A stretch of 64,000 bases of DNA from a virus. This document shows, piece by piece, positions 8,617-17,849 of the stretch. The notes under the pieces are model-generated. The model had not been told where the DNA came from. It searched no databases and worked only from the letters and a program-made list of their open reading frames with translations. The position numbers and the translations under genes were made by a program. The stretch spans positions 32,001 to 96,000 of IMG/VR virus record IMGVR_UViG_3300027833_003138, one strand, 5' to 3'. Each line of letters opens with the position of its first letter. Position 1 is the stretch's first letter.

Positions 8617-9198
8617 TTACTTCAAGCTATCCCACTCTTCCCAATTTGCTAATTCTTGGGTTGAGGCTTCGCATTTCGGAATTGCCGTTTTTACCAAAAA
8701 ATCTGTAGTGCCTTGATCTGCAATTAATTTATTTTTAAATGCATCAAAAAACAATTGAAAACAGTCTATTCTTTCTTGAGGGAATTGAAACTCTTTACCT
8801 TTTGTGATTCTTCCCTTTTTAAGCCAAGTTAGTGGATGCTTGTTGCTTTTATTTGCATTGCAAGTCTTGCAAGATGGAATGATATTCCCTTCGTGCTCCA
8901 AGCCAAACATTGGGGGATTAAATAGCCTGCCATTTGTAGGCATAAAATGATCCATATCCTTAAAATCTTCCACACCGCAATACCAACATTTTCCATCGAC
9001 TATGATAGTTTTGAATATTTTTTTCTTTCTTATTTCATCTTCATCCGTCCATGTTGAAGGCTCAAAAAAAGCTACAAAATCTTTTATTAATCCATTGAGC
9101 ATACTATGTCCTCGAAATAGAATATTTGAGTTATATCTCTTTGTCATTTGTTTTTTTACATTTTTTAGAATATGTGCCCATTGCACAAAAGAATGCAC
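8617..9198 (-). CDS. HNH endonuclease (start uncertain)
   Basis: CWYCG...DHFMP...N...SCKTCNANK zinc/HNH signature. Confidence 0.8.
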   Translation of the reverse strand: MHSFVQWAHILKNVKKQMTKRYNSNILFRGHSMLNGLIKDFVAFFEPSTWTDEDEIRKKKIFKTIIVDGKCWYCGVEDFKDMDHFMPTNGRLFNPPMFGLEHEGNIIPSCKTCNANKSNKHPLTWLKKGRITKGKEFQFPQERIDCFQLFFDAFKNKLIADQGTTDFLVKTAIPKCEASTQELANWEEWDSLK

Positions 9199-9318
9199 AA
9201 GATAGGTATAAGAAAGAGAAGCTGTAATTAACTTTCAAGAGTTGTACGCATAGGATAAAATTTACAATCATGCACACAATGCATGATTTACCTAATAAGT
9301 TGCAATGCCTCCAAGGTC

Positions 9319-9627
9319 TCATTCTAGACCATGATCTTTTTTGTCTTCATCTGTCCATTTTGGCGTATCCGAGCCAAAAAGATCGTCTATGACGCATGTT
9401 CCGAACTCTTCAACGGAATGGTTTTTAGGCATTAGGGATTGTATATAAGCTAGAACTTTTTTACCGACTTCTTCATGCACAGGAGAAAAAGCGTATGTTG
9501 TCATATCTAAGTCGCTACCATATCCAAATTCTAAAATAATGTGGCAATCATCTAGGACATCTTTATTTGTTATCGGGCAAGCGATATTTAAATCGTCATC
9601 ATAGAATGGATCTGTTTTTTTACTCAT
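9319..9627 (-). CDS. hypothetical protein (FGYGS.D motif)
   Basis: ORF starting 6 nt after TTGACA-N17-TAAACT (9634-9662). Confidence 0.7.
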   Translation of the reverse strand: MSKKTDPFYDDDLNIACPITNKDVLDDCHIILEFGYGSDLDMTTYAFSPVHEEVGKKVLAYIQSLMPKNHSVEEFGTCVIDDLFGSDTPKWTDEDKKDHGLE

Positions 9628-9668
9628 AATTAAAGTTTAGCATATTTTTTAAAAAATGTCAAGGAAAA

Positions 9669-9762
9669 TGGCGGAGAGAACAGGATTCGAACCTGCGGAA
9701 GGGCAATAAGCTCTTCAACGGTTTAGCAAACCGCCGCCTTAAACCAACTCAGCCATCTCTCC
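9669..9762 (-). tRNA. tRNA-Ser(GCU)
   Basis: GGAGAGA/TCTCTCC acceptor stem, anticodon loop TTGCTAA, long variable arm, GGTTCGAATCC, encoded CCA. Confidence 0.95.
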
Positions 9763-9766
9763 AAAG

Positions 9767-9842
9767 TGGAGCCACCTGTCAGATTCGAACTGACGACCGT
9801 TCGCTTACAAGGCGAGTGCTCTACCAACTGAGCTAAGGTGGC
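9767..9842 (-). tRNA. tRNA-Thr(UGU)
   Basis: GCCACCT/AGGTGGC acceptor stem, AGCTCAGTTGGTAGAGC D-arm, loop CTTGTAA, TTCGAAT, encoded CCA. Confidence 0.95.
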
Positions 9843-9844
9843 TT

Positions 9845-10078
9845 TTAAATTATTACACGATTTATATCGTTTTCAAGCTCTAAATTATCCCAATATTTAT
9901 GGTCGCATTCACTGTATTTTATATCATTAAATAAAATTATTACTGAATTTGGAGCATTTGATTCGATTTCGTAGCCTACTGCGTCTCCTTCGGGCACTCT
10001 TCCTCTGCCATTTGCGAACTCAAAGCATTCATCGGAGCCATGCTCAGAATATATTATTTGACTTGAATTTATATTCAT
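9845..10078 (-). CDS. hypothetical protein
   Basis: ORF ending 2 nt before tRNA-Thr. Confidence 0.6.
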   Translation of the reverse strand: MNINSSQIIYSEHGSDECFEFANGRGRVPEGDAVGYEIESNAPNSVIILFNDIKYSECDHKYWDNLELENDINRVII

Positions 10079-10341
10079 TTTTTTGTAATTCTTTCTCTGT
10101 TATTAACATGATTTTTCATTTCTTCGTATATTTTTCGTAAAATATCTTTTTGAGATAATATTCTCAACTTTGTTTCTTGATCGGATACTTTATTGTATTG
10201 TTTTTCTAGTACGTCTATCTGATCGGTGATTATTGAGCGATCAAATTCTCCTTTATAAGTCCATCCAAGATCAAAGCCTCTTGTTAAGCCTGTTTGGTGA
10301 GCCTTTTCAAAATCGTTATGTATTCCGTCGTCAAACATCAC
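10075..10341 (-). CDS. hypothetical protein
   Basis: ORF with ATGA couplings. Confidence 0.65.
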   Translation of the reverse strand: MMFDDGIHNDFEKAHQTGLTRGFDLGWTYKGEFDRSIITDQIDVLEKQYNKVSDQETKLRILSQKDILRKIYEEMKNHVNNRERITKK

Positions 10342-10721
10342 CTTGTTACCGAAAGGGGTTTAATCCAACCTTCTCCTGAGTGAAGTTTTGATGCGTGAAT
10401 TTTTGGTCTTGAGGTTAAATCTACAGCTTTAGCTAATTTTTGAGCCTCCAGAGGAGATACATTTAACTTTTTTCCATTTACCCAAATAACACAAGGAATG
10501 TGACCGTTAAGATTGAACGGATGCGGTATTTCATTAATTTGCACTTCAGATAACTTCACTATATTTGGCGTAAAGTTAGGGGCTGGAGTTGTCGGCAACA
10601 TTAAGGGAGGCGGAGGTGGAGCTTCTAGCTTGTCGAAATCTATATTTGCAACTTCTATTTTAGAAGATTCGCAACCAACAAAAAACAATAAAAATATAAT
10701 ATATAAACTACGCATTTTCAT
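10338..10721 (-). CDS. putative lipoprotein, Pro-rich
   Basis: Signal peptide with lipobox-like FVGC; poly-Pro tract. Confidence 0.6.
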   Translation of the reverse strand: MKMRSLYIIFLLFFVGCESSKIEVANIDFDKLEAPPPPPLMLPTTPAPNFTPNIVKLSEVQINEIPHPFNLNGHIPCVIWVNGKKLNVSPLEAQKLAKAVDLTSRPKIHASKLHSGEGWIKPLSVTR

Positions 10722-10874
10722 TTAAATACTCCTCTACGAATTGATTTGCTTTTTCGAATGCTTCGGGGTGATATTTTTTGCACCATTCTAGCACCCATTG
10801 ATTTACATATGTATTTATTAAGTCTTGTTTTTCTATATCTAATTTATATTTGTTTCCTGCTAGTTCGTTCATTT

Positions 10875-11132
10875 TTAAAATAAGTTTAATTGATTTGGGT
10901 CTTCTGTTTCTATCTCTTCGTTATTTTCTTGAGTTTGTTTGATTTTTGATTTTGTTGATCGCAGCCAATTTCTTTGAGCCATTCTAACAACAAATCTCAT
11001 AAATGCAAAGGCATAAATTTTATTTAGCTCTATAGTTCCGTTAAATCCATCGTGATCGTACAAAGTGAAGACCTTGCTTTCTTCGTTGTATTCAAAGGTT
11101 GCATTCTTTAGTTGTTTTGTTATTTTTCCCAT
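10875..11132 (-). CDS. hypothetical protein (C-terminal QLNLF, beta-clamp-binding-like)
   Basis: ORF after perfect promoter 11143-11171; ends QLNLF, like the QL[SD]LF clamp-binding motif. Confidence 0.6.
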   Translation of the reverse strand: MGKITKQLKNATFEYNEESKVFTLYDHDGFNGTIELNKIYAFAFMRFVVRMAQRNWLRSTKSKIKQTQENNEEIETEDPNQLNLF

Positions 11133-11142
11133 ATTTCCTATC

Positions 11143-11171
11143 ATTATATCACATAGAGATTATTATGTCAA
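11143..11171 (-). promoter_or_regulatory. consensus sigma70 promoter TTGACA-N17-TATAAT
   Basis: Exact consensus match. Confidence 0.85.
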
Positions 11172-11218
11172 GATTAAAAAACCCGCACCAACACTGGGTT
11201 TCGGGTGTATATATGATT

Positions 11219-11581
11219 ATGCTGAAAGGAAAAGAAAGACAAATGGTTCTTGATTACTTGTATCAAGAGTGCCTTATAAACTCGCGAGATTTCTTCGCTT
11301 CTAGGAAGAAAATGACCTGCAAGATCGAATCTCAATTGAGGTACGAGCATATATCGGGAAAAGAAAGAATAGAGATTTATAACAAAATAATAAAAAAGAA
11401 AATAATAAATTTCTTGATCGAATGTATGTCTCAATCTTTATCGATGGACTATGTTAATGGATCGCCAGACAAAAGAAAAATGAGAATAAATGAATGGGCG
11501 ACAAATAAATATCAAAACATGCCCAAAAACGAAAAAATCGCAATCTGTGAAAAGATGGGATTTAAATATTTAACTAACTAA
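11219..11581 (+). CDS. hypothetical protein
   Basis: ORF; start placed 9 nt after GTGTA at 11205-11209. Confidence 0.65.
   Translation: MLKGKERQMVLDYLYQECLINSRDFFASRKKMTCKIESQLRYEHISGKERIEIYNKIIKKKIINFLIECMSQSLSMDYVNGSPDKRKMRINEWATNKYQNMPKNEKIAICEKMGFKYLTN
11542..11581 (+). repeat. direct repeat copy 1 (32 bp exact, 38/40 extended) flanking cysC
   Basis: AATCTGTGAAAAGATGGGATTTAAATATTTAA also at 12421-12452. Confidence 0.9.
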
Positions 11582-11602
11582 AACAGAGTGTAATAAAAAA
11601 AC

Positions 11603-12406
11603 ATGAAAAGAAAAATTCTTATAATGGGACTTCCTGGATCAGGAAAAACAACATTAGCTGAAAAGCTTGTTGCTAAATTAAATGCCGCATGGTTTAACGC
11701 AGATGCAGTTCGTCAAGATATATATTCTGAACTTGGATTTTCTCCAGAAGATCGATTGTCTCATGCCACACGAATGGGAAAACTTTGTGATTGGGCAAAA
11801 ATAGGAGGTTCATATGTTATCGCAGATTTCGTATGCCCAACTCAAGAAACTAGAGCCGCTTTTGGTGCAGATTTTGTAATATGGGTAGATCGCATAATGG
11901 AGGGTAGGTATGAAGACACAAATAAAATGTTTGAAAGACCTATGAATTATGATTTAAGACTTACCGATGGAACTCCAGAAGAGTGGGTTGATAAAGTTGT
12001 TGAGAAATTAGACGAAACTGAAGCGTGGGATAATCAAGCTCCAACTGCGTTACTTATAGGTAGGTATCAACCATTTCACATCGGGCATAAGAGCCTTGTC
12101 GCTGAAGCCGTAAAAAGAACAGGCCAATGTTGCATTGCATTAAGAGATGTCGGCGGAATTGATGATAGTAACCCCTACGATTTTGAAAAAGTGAAAAAAG
12201 AAATACATTCTGCTTGTGTAGAATTCGGAAACAAAATTAAAGTTGTCGAACTCCCTAATATTATGGATGTATTTTATGGCAGAGGCGTTGGTTATAATAT
12301 CGAACAACTAGAACTAAGTAAAGAATTACAAGAAGTTTCTGCCACCAAAATCAGAGATGGTCAAATTGGTCAAGACGGAAAACCTTTAGGTAAGCGCCCT
12401 GAATAA
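11603..12406 (+). CDS. cysC: adenylylsulfate kinase fused to HxGH nucleotidyltransferase domain
   Basis: P-loop GLPGSGKTT, NADAVR, LGFS.EDR, DFVCP, FE.P; C-terminal GRYQPFHIGH and SATKIR. Confidence 0.85.
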   Translation: MKRKILIMGLPGSGKTTLAEKLVAKLNAAWFNADAVRQDIYSELGFSPEDRLSHATRMGKLCDWAKIGGSYVIADFVCPTQETRAAFGADFVIWVDRIMEGRYEDTNKMFERPMNYDLRLTDGTPEEWVDKVVEKLDETEAWDNQAPTALLIGRYQPFHIGHKSLVAEAVKRTGQCCIALRDVGGIDDSNPYDFEKVKKEIHSACVEFGNKIKVVELPNIMDVFYGRGVGYNIEQLELSKELQEVSATKIRDGQIGQDGKPLGKRPE

Positions 12407-12420
12407 GCCTCATTCATGAT

Positions 12421-12460
12421 AATCTGTGAAAAGATGGGATTTAAATATTTAAGTAATTAA
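12421..12460 (+). repeat. direct repeat copy 2; relic 3' end of the 11219-11581 gene
   Basis: Encodes ICEKMGFKYLSN* versus ICEKMGFKYLTN*. Confidence 0.9.
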
Positions 12461-13227
12461 GGCTCAATAAAGTGATCTGAGTTGATTGTCCTCCAGATAT
12501 AGTTCTCTACCTCGCTATAAATTTTAGAGAAAAATGGCTCGTTTTTTTTATCGAGCATATAAGATGGAGTTGCCCTTGTTTTGAAGACTCCTCGCGAACC
12601 TGCGCAGTGATGATATACGATGCCTCCATATACAGAATACAAAAGCGGATCGACAAACAAGCTCTGCTTTGAATCTCTCTGTATTTTTAACCAATTAATG
12701 CTTTTCTCATTTAAGCGTCCGAACAAGAGACCGCCTATATCGCCCCTCCAATCCACATTAGTATTAAAAGATCTATCTCTGCCCCAACAAAATTGATTAT
12801 CCCTCCAGAATTTAACTTTGCAGAAAGCGAAGGAGGGGTGTGGAGCTAGGCATCCCAAATTCTCAATTCGATTAACTGCGCAAAATTCATAATCCGCGAG
12901 ATTGCATTTAATATAGTTGTTGATATCGCCGATAGGAAACGCATCACTATCGAGAAAGATTAGAACATCATCTTCTTTAACGTTCGGGTCGCAGCACACA
13001 GTATTTGTTAATTGAGCAAGACCCATCTCGTGATCGTCGGACTCGTGGCCCGATTTTGATTTTTTATGACCAAGAAAATGATATTTATGTTCATGTTCTG
13101 ACAGGCATAAATCTTTACTAAAAAGAGCCCAAACTTTGTAGTCGCGAGTAAAGCGTTGAATATGCCTTAATTGAATATCAATCCATTTTATTGTTGCGTG
13201 ATGAATGGTAATATAATGTATTTTCAT
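12457..13227 (-). CDS. putative GT-A glycosyltransferase
   Basis: LIFLDSDAFP DxD motif; island context. Confidence 0.6.
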   Translation of the reverse strand: MKIHYITIHHATIKWIDIQLRHIQRFTRDYKVWALFSKDLCLSEHEHKYHFLGHKKSKSGHESDDHEMGLAQLTNTVCCDPNVKEDDVLIFLDSDAFPIGDINNYIKCNLADYEFCAVNRIENLGCLAPHPSFAFCKVKFWRDNQFCWGRDRSFNTNVDWRGDIGGLLFGRLNEKSINWLKIQRDSKQSLFVDPLLYSVYGGIVYHHCAGSRGVFKTRATPSYMLDKKNEPFFSKIYSEVENYIWRTINSDHFIEP

Positions 13228-13230
13228 GTT

Positions 13231-13836
13231 TTAAAATTGATAATCAAAGTATTCTATGTCTTTATGATATTTTTGAGAAACAATATCAATGGTTTTTTGG
13301 TTGTAATATTCGCTATAGTGCTTGCGGTTTGTTTTGTTTGTGTGGGGTAATTGTTGTCTCCGCTCGCCAACTTCATCACAAACTAAATTAAAGTCTTGCT
13401 GAAGATTTTCGAATCTTATGATGCGATCTATGCAGTTGCGCCCATCTATTTCAACGAATGAATATTGTGTATAAAAGTGATCTGCGCGTCCTGTGGAATC
13501 ATTTAAATGATTAATTTTTTCGTAACCATTGCGAATCAATAAATAATCTTCAAGTGTTGTGTTTTTTAAAAAATTAAAAAACGGTGAGCTTGGTCGAGTC
13601 CACCATTTGTAATCTGAAACTGCTCGATCCCACGGATTTCGAACAATTGCAAATTTATAATAGCTGCGAATATCAATTCCGTAAACTGATTGCATTTGGT
13701 ATATCGAACAATGCTGTTTCCATAAGCTACGTTTTTCGTCCCAACCATAAAAAGAATCGTCAAATAATTTCTCAACGCTTGTTCCTCCTGTTTTTGGAAT
13801 GTGAACGAAAATAATTTTATGTTCGCGATTTATCAT
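13231..13836 (-). CDS. sulfotransferase (Sulfotransfer_2-like)
   Basis: FVHIPKTGGTS PSB loop, VRNPWDRAVS PB motif, DIEYFDY C-terminus. Confidence 0.9.
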   Translation of the reverse strand: MINREHKIIFVHIPKTGGTSVEKLFDDSFYGWDEKRSLWKQHCSIYQMQSVYGIDIRSYYKFAIVRNPWDRAVSDYKWWTRPSSPFFNFLKNTTLEDYLLIRNGYEKINHLNDSTGRADHFYTQYSFVEIDGRNCIDRIIRFENLQQDFNLVCDEVGERRQQLPHTNKTNRKHYSEYYNQKTIDIVSQKYHKDIEYFDYQF

Positions 13837-14491
13837 TGCCAAGGGGGCGCTTATATAAGAAAGATTCACTTCTTTGATTCCATCCATAATGTAAAGCGGA
13901 ATGCGGTATGTCTGCATTGATTTGTATCATATTGTTTATGATGCAATTAATTTCAGAGTCAGAGTCATATAAATTACACAGTGTATCATGAAGAGTTAAA
14001 TACTGCCAATCTTTATCAAATTTGTACCGTTTGATGAATGCATTTTTTAGTTTCACTGACAAGGGATGGCCTGAATAATCAAAACACATAAACCAACTTG
14101 CTGTTTCAGCATAACCTCCCCTTGGGCTCAGTTTACGAGGAAAAAATCGGTATGCAAAAAAACCAGTGTCATTTACTAATTTATAGTAAAAGCTATTCAG
14201 TGGCAACATAGGATAAACACTAGTATCAACCCACACTCCTCCGAATTTTGATAAAAGCAAAACTCTCAACAAGTCTGATTGGGCGGCAAAAGATCGTTTT
14301 GGGGAGTCACGATTGATGGTGAAAAATTCAGGAACAAAATCTTGAATAGATTGATTATCCAAAACATGAATCCTGTAGTCTGGATTAAACTGTCTCCATC
14401 TTGATATGCATTCCATATTCAATTGTGGCACGTCAATATCGTTTTCCCCTTGAAACCAACACATCCATATTGTTTTTCTGGGAATGTTCAT
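13817..14491 (-). CDS. capsular polysaccharide synthesis protein (GT32-like)
   Basis: IWMCWFQG, SDLLR.LL..FGGVWVD motifs. Confidence 0.8.
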   Translation of the reverse strand: MNIPRKTIWMCWFQGENDIDVPQLNMECISRWRQFNPDYRIHVLDNQSIQDFVPEFFTINRDSPKRSFAAQSDLLRVLLLSKFGGVWVDTSVYPMLPLNSFYYKLVNDTGFFAYRFFPRKLSPRGGYAETASWFMCFDYSGHPLSVKLKNAFIKRYKFDKDWQYLTLHDTLCNLYDSDSEINCIINNMIQINADIPHSALHYGWNQRSESFLYKRPLGNDKSRT

Positions 14492-15354
14492 TTTAATAGT
14501 GAGGCAACCTGAGTATTAAAGTATTGTATCAGTTGTCGTTTTCGATTTTCGGTATCTATTGCTGCGACGCTCCAATTGACTGCGTCCATTTGGTCAAAGC
14601 GATAGCATGTGGTCATGCCAGCAAGTGTTGACATTCTTTGTTGGTCGCTTGAATGTTGAGGTGAGTTGACCTCGAAATTAGGATAAAATACAATCACAGG
14701 AATGCCCATCGCTATGCATGGGAGGGCGCAATGCAAGAAAGTTGTAATTACTAGTTTTGCGTTGTCTCTATAATTATCTAAAAGTTTTTCAGCCAATATC
14801 ATGTTGTCATCAAAGTTTGAGGTGTGCGAATAGTGATTAATATATTCACATTGAGAAGCAATATCTTTGGGTAATATGTTGAGTATATCTTTATCTCGTG
14901 ATGCAACAAAGATTTTGTTTTGGCTTGTTGTTGCTCTGCGCTTGGGCAGTGTTGTTGTGAGGCAGTTACTTGTATAGCAATCGATTGCTTGTTGATTAAG
15001 TAGATTGAATGTATGCAGATCACGACAGCCAATTGGTTGATGCATCTTGAAATAATCAACGCTGGTTTGGTTGGTTACATTATCAAATAATCCTTCGCGA
15101 TTTCTTGCATGAAATCCGATAAACAAAGGAATAATGTTATCCGATGGAGGCCAAATTTCTCCGCATCTTTTGTGCCAACCATTCATAACTAAGAAAAATT
15201 TATCAGAACTTACTGGTTGAATACCTGAGTCTCTATCCAAATAAATTTCAGGCTCGAGATCTAATTGTTTAAGCAATCTTAATTGAGCAATGATTTGAAT
15301 ATGATCGCCGAGATTGTTGCTATCAACAGAATAAGATGCAATCTTGATAGCCAT
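14488..15354 (-). CDS. polysaccharide pyruvyltransferase family protein
   Basis: NLGD.IQ, IGCRD, LHCALPCIAMGIPV motifs. Confidence 0.8.
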   Translation of the reverse strand: MAIKIASYSVDSNNLGDHIQIIAQLRLLKQLDLEPEIYLDRDSGIQPVSSDKFFLVMNGWHKRCGEIWPPSDNIIPLFIGFHARNREGLFDNVTNQTSVDYFKMHQPIGCRDLHTFNLLNQQAIDCYTSNCLTTTLPKRRATTSQNKIFVASRDKDILNILPKDIASQCEYINHYSHTSNFDDNMILAEKLLDNYRDNAKLVITTFLHCALPCIAMGIPVIVFYPNFEVNSPQHSSDQQRMSTLAGMTTCYRFDQMDAVNWSVAAIDTENRKRQLIQYFNTQVASLLK

Positions 15355-15359
15355 AAAAT

Positions 15360-15926
15360 TTATTTATTATTTTTTTTAAACAAATAGTATGGATAGTTTT
15401 CAATTTGTTTTTGTTGTGAGGGATTATACTTTGTGACAAAACCTGTTTCTTGGTGTTTTGTGTTAACCGCTTGATATTTACTTGAAGTTTTAGAATCGGT
15501 AAATAAATATGTGGAATTGTAGATACACAAATAGCCATTCTTTGCAACAAGTTGATCGATGATATCAAGTGTTTCCTCAAATATATTAAATTTATAAGAC
15601 AGATCATCATCAGAGCTCCATCGGCATAATACCGACATGGCAAAAACCAAATCAAATTTACAATTTAAACTTTCAAGACTATCTGTATACTCGATGTTTG
15701 AGTATTGATTGTTTTTAAAATTGTCACGAATGACATCTTTATTGATGTCGAATCCAACTTGCTTGATATCGGGGAAATATTTTTCTTGCAAGCTTTCGCA
15801 TTCAAGCCTATAAGAACAACCGAAAGATAGTATATTTTTGGGATTAGGGATGATTGACTGAATTTCAGAAAAAATATCAGGATATCTGTTTGGTAAAGTA
15901 CGAGTAGAGATTTGATTGGTTTTCAT
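15360..15926 (-). CDS. class I SAM-dependent methyltransferase
   Basis: ILSFGCS, GFDIN, FDLVFAMSVL. Confidence 0.7.
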   Translation of the reverse strand: MKTNQISTRTLPNRYPDIFSEIQSIIPNPKNILSFGCSYRLECESLQEKYFPDIKQVGFDINKDVIRDNFKNNQYSNIEYTDSLESLNCKFDLVFAMSVLCRWSSDDDLSYKFNIFEETLDIIDQLVAKNGYLCIYNSTYLFTDSKTSSKYQAVNTKHQETGFVTKYNPSQQKQIENYPYYLFKKNNK

Positions 15927-15941
15927 GTTTTATTAAAATGT

Positions 15942-16445
15942 TTACAAATAAATCACGAATTGCCGCTCTTGCACTTCAACTTTGAGATCGTGTAGAGCAA
16001 CAAATTCATCAACTGCAGGCTGTGGGCCAGGCGTTAATGGGTGAGACCATCCATAATCATCTCCGCATAAAAATCCGCCTTTCTTGACTTGGGGATACCA
16101 ATGTTGCAAATCCTCCAAAACAGAAGCGTAGCTATGATCCGCATCAATATATACCCAGTCAAAATACTCTTTCCCAAAAAACATATCTTTAGAGTTGTTT
16201 TTGTGAATAAAAGCGTTAGATTGATTTTTAAATTTATCTTTTACATGCTTGTATGCATCAATTATTTTTTGACCTTTTGCCCATTTAACCCATTCATGAT
16301 CCTGATGTATCCATGGATCAATTAAATGCAATTCCTTTGGGTTGCATTCGAGTATTTGCGAGGAAAAATCTCCTCTCCATACGCCAATTTCTGCGCATAT
16401 ATCGTTAGTTTTAATTTTTTTGATTGGTAGTAGTCGCGGTCTCAT
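15942..16445 (-). CDS. class I SAM-dependent methyltransferase (Methyltransf_24-like)
   Basis: AEIGVWRG, YIDADHSY, GG.LCGDDY. Confidence 0.85.
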   Translation of the reverse strand: MRPRLLPIKKIKTNDICAEIGVWRGDFSSQILECNPKELHLIDPWIHQDHEWVKWAKGQKIIDAYKHVKDKFKNQSNAFIHKNNSKDMFFGKEYFDWVYIDADHSYASVLEDLQHWYPQVKKGGFLCGDDYGWSHPLTPGPQPAVDEFVALHDLKVEVQERQFVIYL

Positions 16446-16467
16446 TATAATAATATTATTGTTAGGG

Positions 16468-17247
16468 TTATCGTTTATTACACCAATTTTTATATTCAAT
16501 TAGTTCATTGCTTGCGATCATTCTATAATCAAAAAGCTCAAAGTCTTGTTTGCATTTTCTATTAATAACTTCTAGGTCACCAACTTCGTAATGATGTAAA
16601 TATTTATAAACCAAGCCGTCTCCAAAGAAAGAATCGCAACTTTGGTCTAGTGGTTTCGTGTTGATATTTTTGGATAGAGTTGGAATCTCATTATAAGGTA
16701 AGCCAATCATCTCGCAAACTTTTTTAAAATCTTCCTCAAATCTTTCGTTTTTCCCTATAAAATTCATTTTTAATGAATTATCTTGATGCGTCCAGCGTTT
16801 GAAAAATCCGCCAGACCTTATCTGATGAAGTGGGTTAAGGAGTTTTAGGTAGTTTCGAAATAAAAAATTACCATTTCCGTCCGTACATTGTTTTAACTTC
16901 TCAAGTTTTCGCTTGTCAATCCTCCAAGCTGCATCATGCTTGCCGTTTTCTTCTTGGTGTTTAATGTATGTTGGCGAGGCATCAAATTGACTGCGAGAAT
17001 AAAAATAATCGTATGGATTGCGTATGAAACAAAATTTAAAATAATCTTTGCATTCCTCATATATTGGTAGCTGCTGTAAATCATCTATCCAGATATGTCG
17101 AGAGATTGCTTTATTTAGCGTGTTATTAAACATAGGTTTTTCAAGTTCTAGGTAATTATTGAACTGCCCAAGTCTTGCGTGCAAAGTTGAAGTTCCTGTC
17201 TTAGGCACTTCAAAAAAAATAAAACGGTAATCGTGCGAAATAATCAT
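16468..17247 (-). CDS. sulfotransferase (Sulfotransfer_2-like)
   Basis: FFEVPKTGTST, IRNPYD, DFELFDY. Confidence 0.85.
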   Translation of the reverse strand: MIISHDYRFIFFEVPKTGTSTLHARLGQFNNYLELEKPMFNNTLNKAISRHIWIDDLQQLPIYEECKDYFKFCFIRNPYDYFYSRSQFDASPTYIKHQEENGKHDAAWRIDKRKLEKLKQCTDGNGNFLFRNYLKLLNPLHQIRSGGFFKRWTHQDNSLKMNFIGKNERFEEDFKKVCEMIGLPYNEIPTLSKNINTKPLDQSCDSFFGDGLVYKYLHHYEVGDLEVINRKCKQDFELFDYRMIASNELIEYKNWCNKR

Positions 17248-17837
17248 TGTTGTTGGAATTTATAGTTAAAGTATTCAATGTCCTTCTTGTATGCTGATTC
17301 GATAATTTTCATGTCGTACTCGTTATAATACTCCCCGTAATGTTCTCGATGTTGGTGAGCTTCTTTTTTAAATGGGCCATTATAGGTCGACAATGAAGGA
17401 GGGCAAATATTAAGGTTTTCGCACAACTGATTAAAGTCTGAATTTAAATTTTCAAACCTAAGAACATAATCTAACTCTATTGATTTATTAATAGCCAAGA
17501 AGTCATATTGACTGCCTAGACCTCCCCACATGTTAAATTTTTTTTCAACAAAAGCGAAACTCAGCCAATCGGAAAAGTTTTTTTGCTTGATGGTTTTATT
17601 AAACTGAGTGAAATATATATACATAGATACTACTCTATCCCAAGGATTTCGAACTACAGAAAATTTATAATATTTATTCCAGTATTTAGAATAATTTTGC
17701 TTACATTGGCTGGCGTTCCAGTGTTTTTCTTTCGTTTCGTTTTTGAGTACAGAATCGTCTGCAAGGCTCACGGAAATAGATGTGCCTGCCGTTTTGGGAG
17801 TGTGAATAAAGATGAATTTATGTTTGTGATTTATCAT
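17244..17837 (-). CDS. sulfotransferase (Sulfotransfer_2-like)
   Basis: FIHTPKTAGTS, VRNPWDRVVS, DIEYFNY. Confidence 0.9.
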   Translation of the reverse strand: MINHKHKFIFIHTPKTAGTSISVSLADDSVLKNETKEKHWNASQCKQNYSKYWNKYYKFSVVRNPWDRVVSMYIYFTQFNKTIKQKNFSDWLSFAFVEKKFNMWGGLGSQYDFLAINKSIELDYVLRFENLNSDFNQLCENLNICPPSLSTYNGPFKKEAHQHREHYGEYYNEYDMKIIESAYKKDIEYFNYKFQQQ

Positions 17838-17849
17838 TTATAAGGCAGA

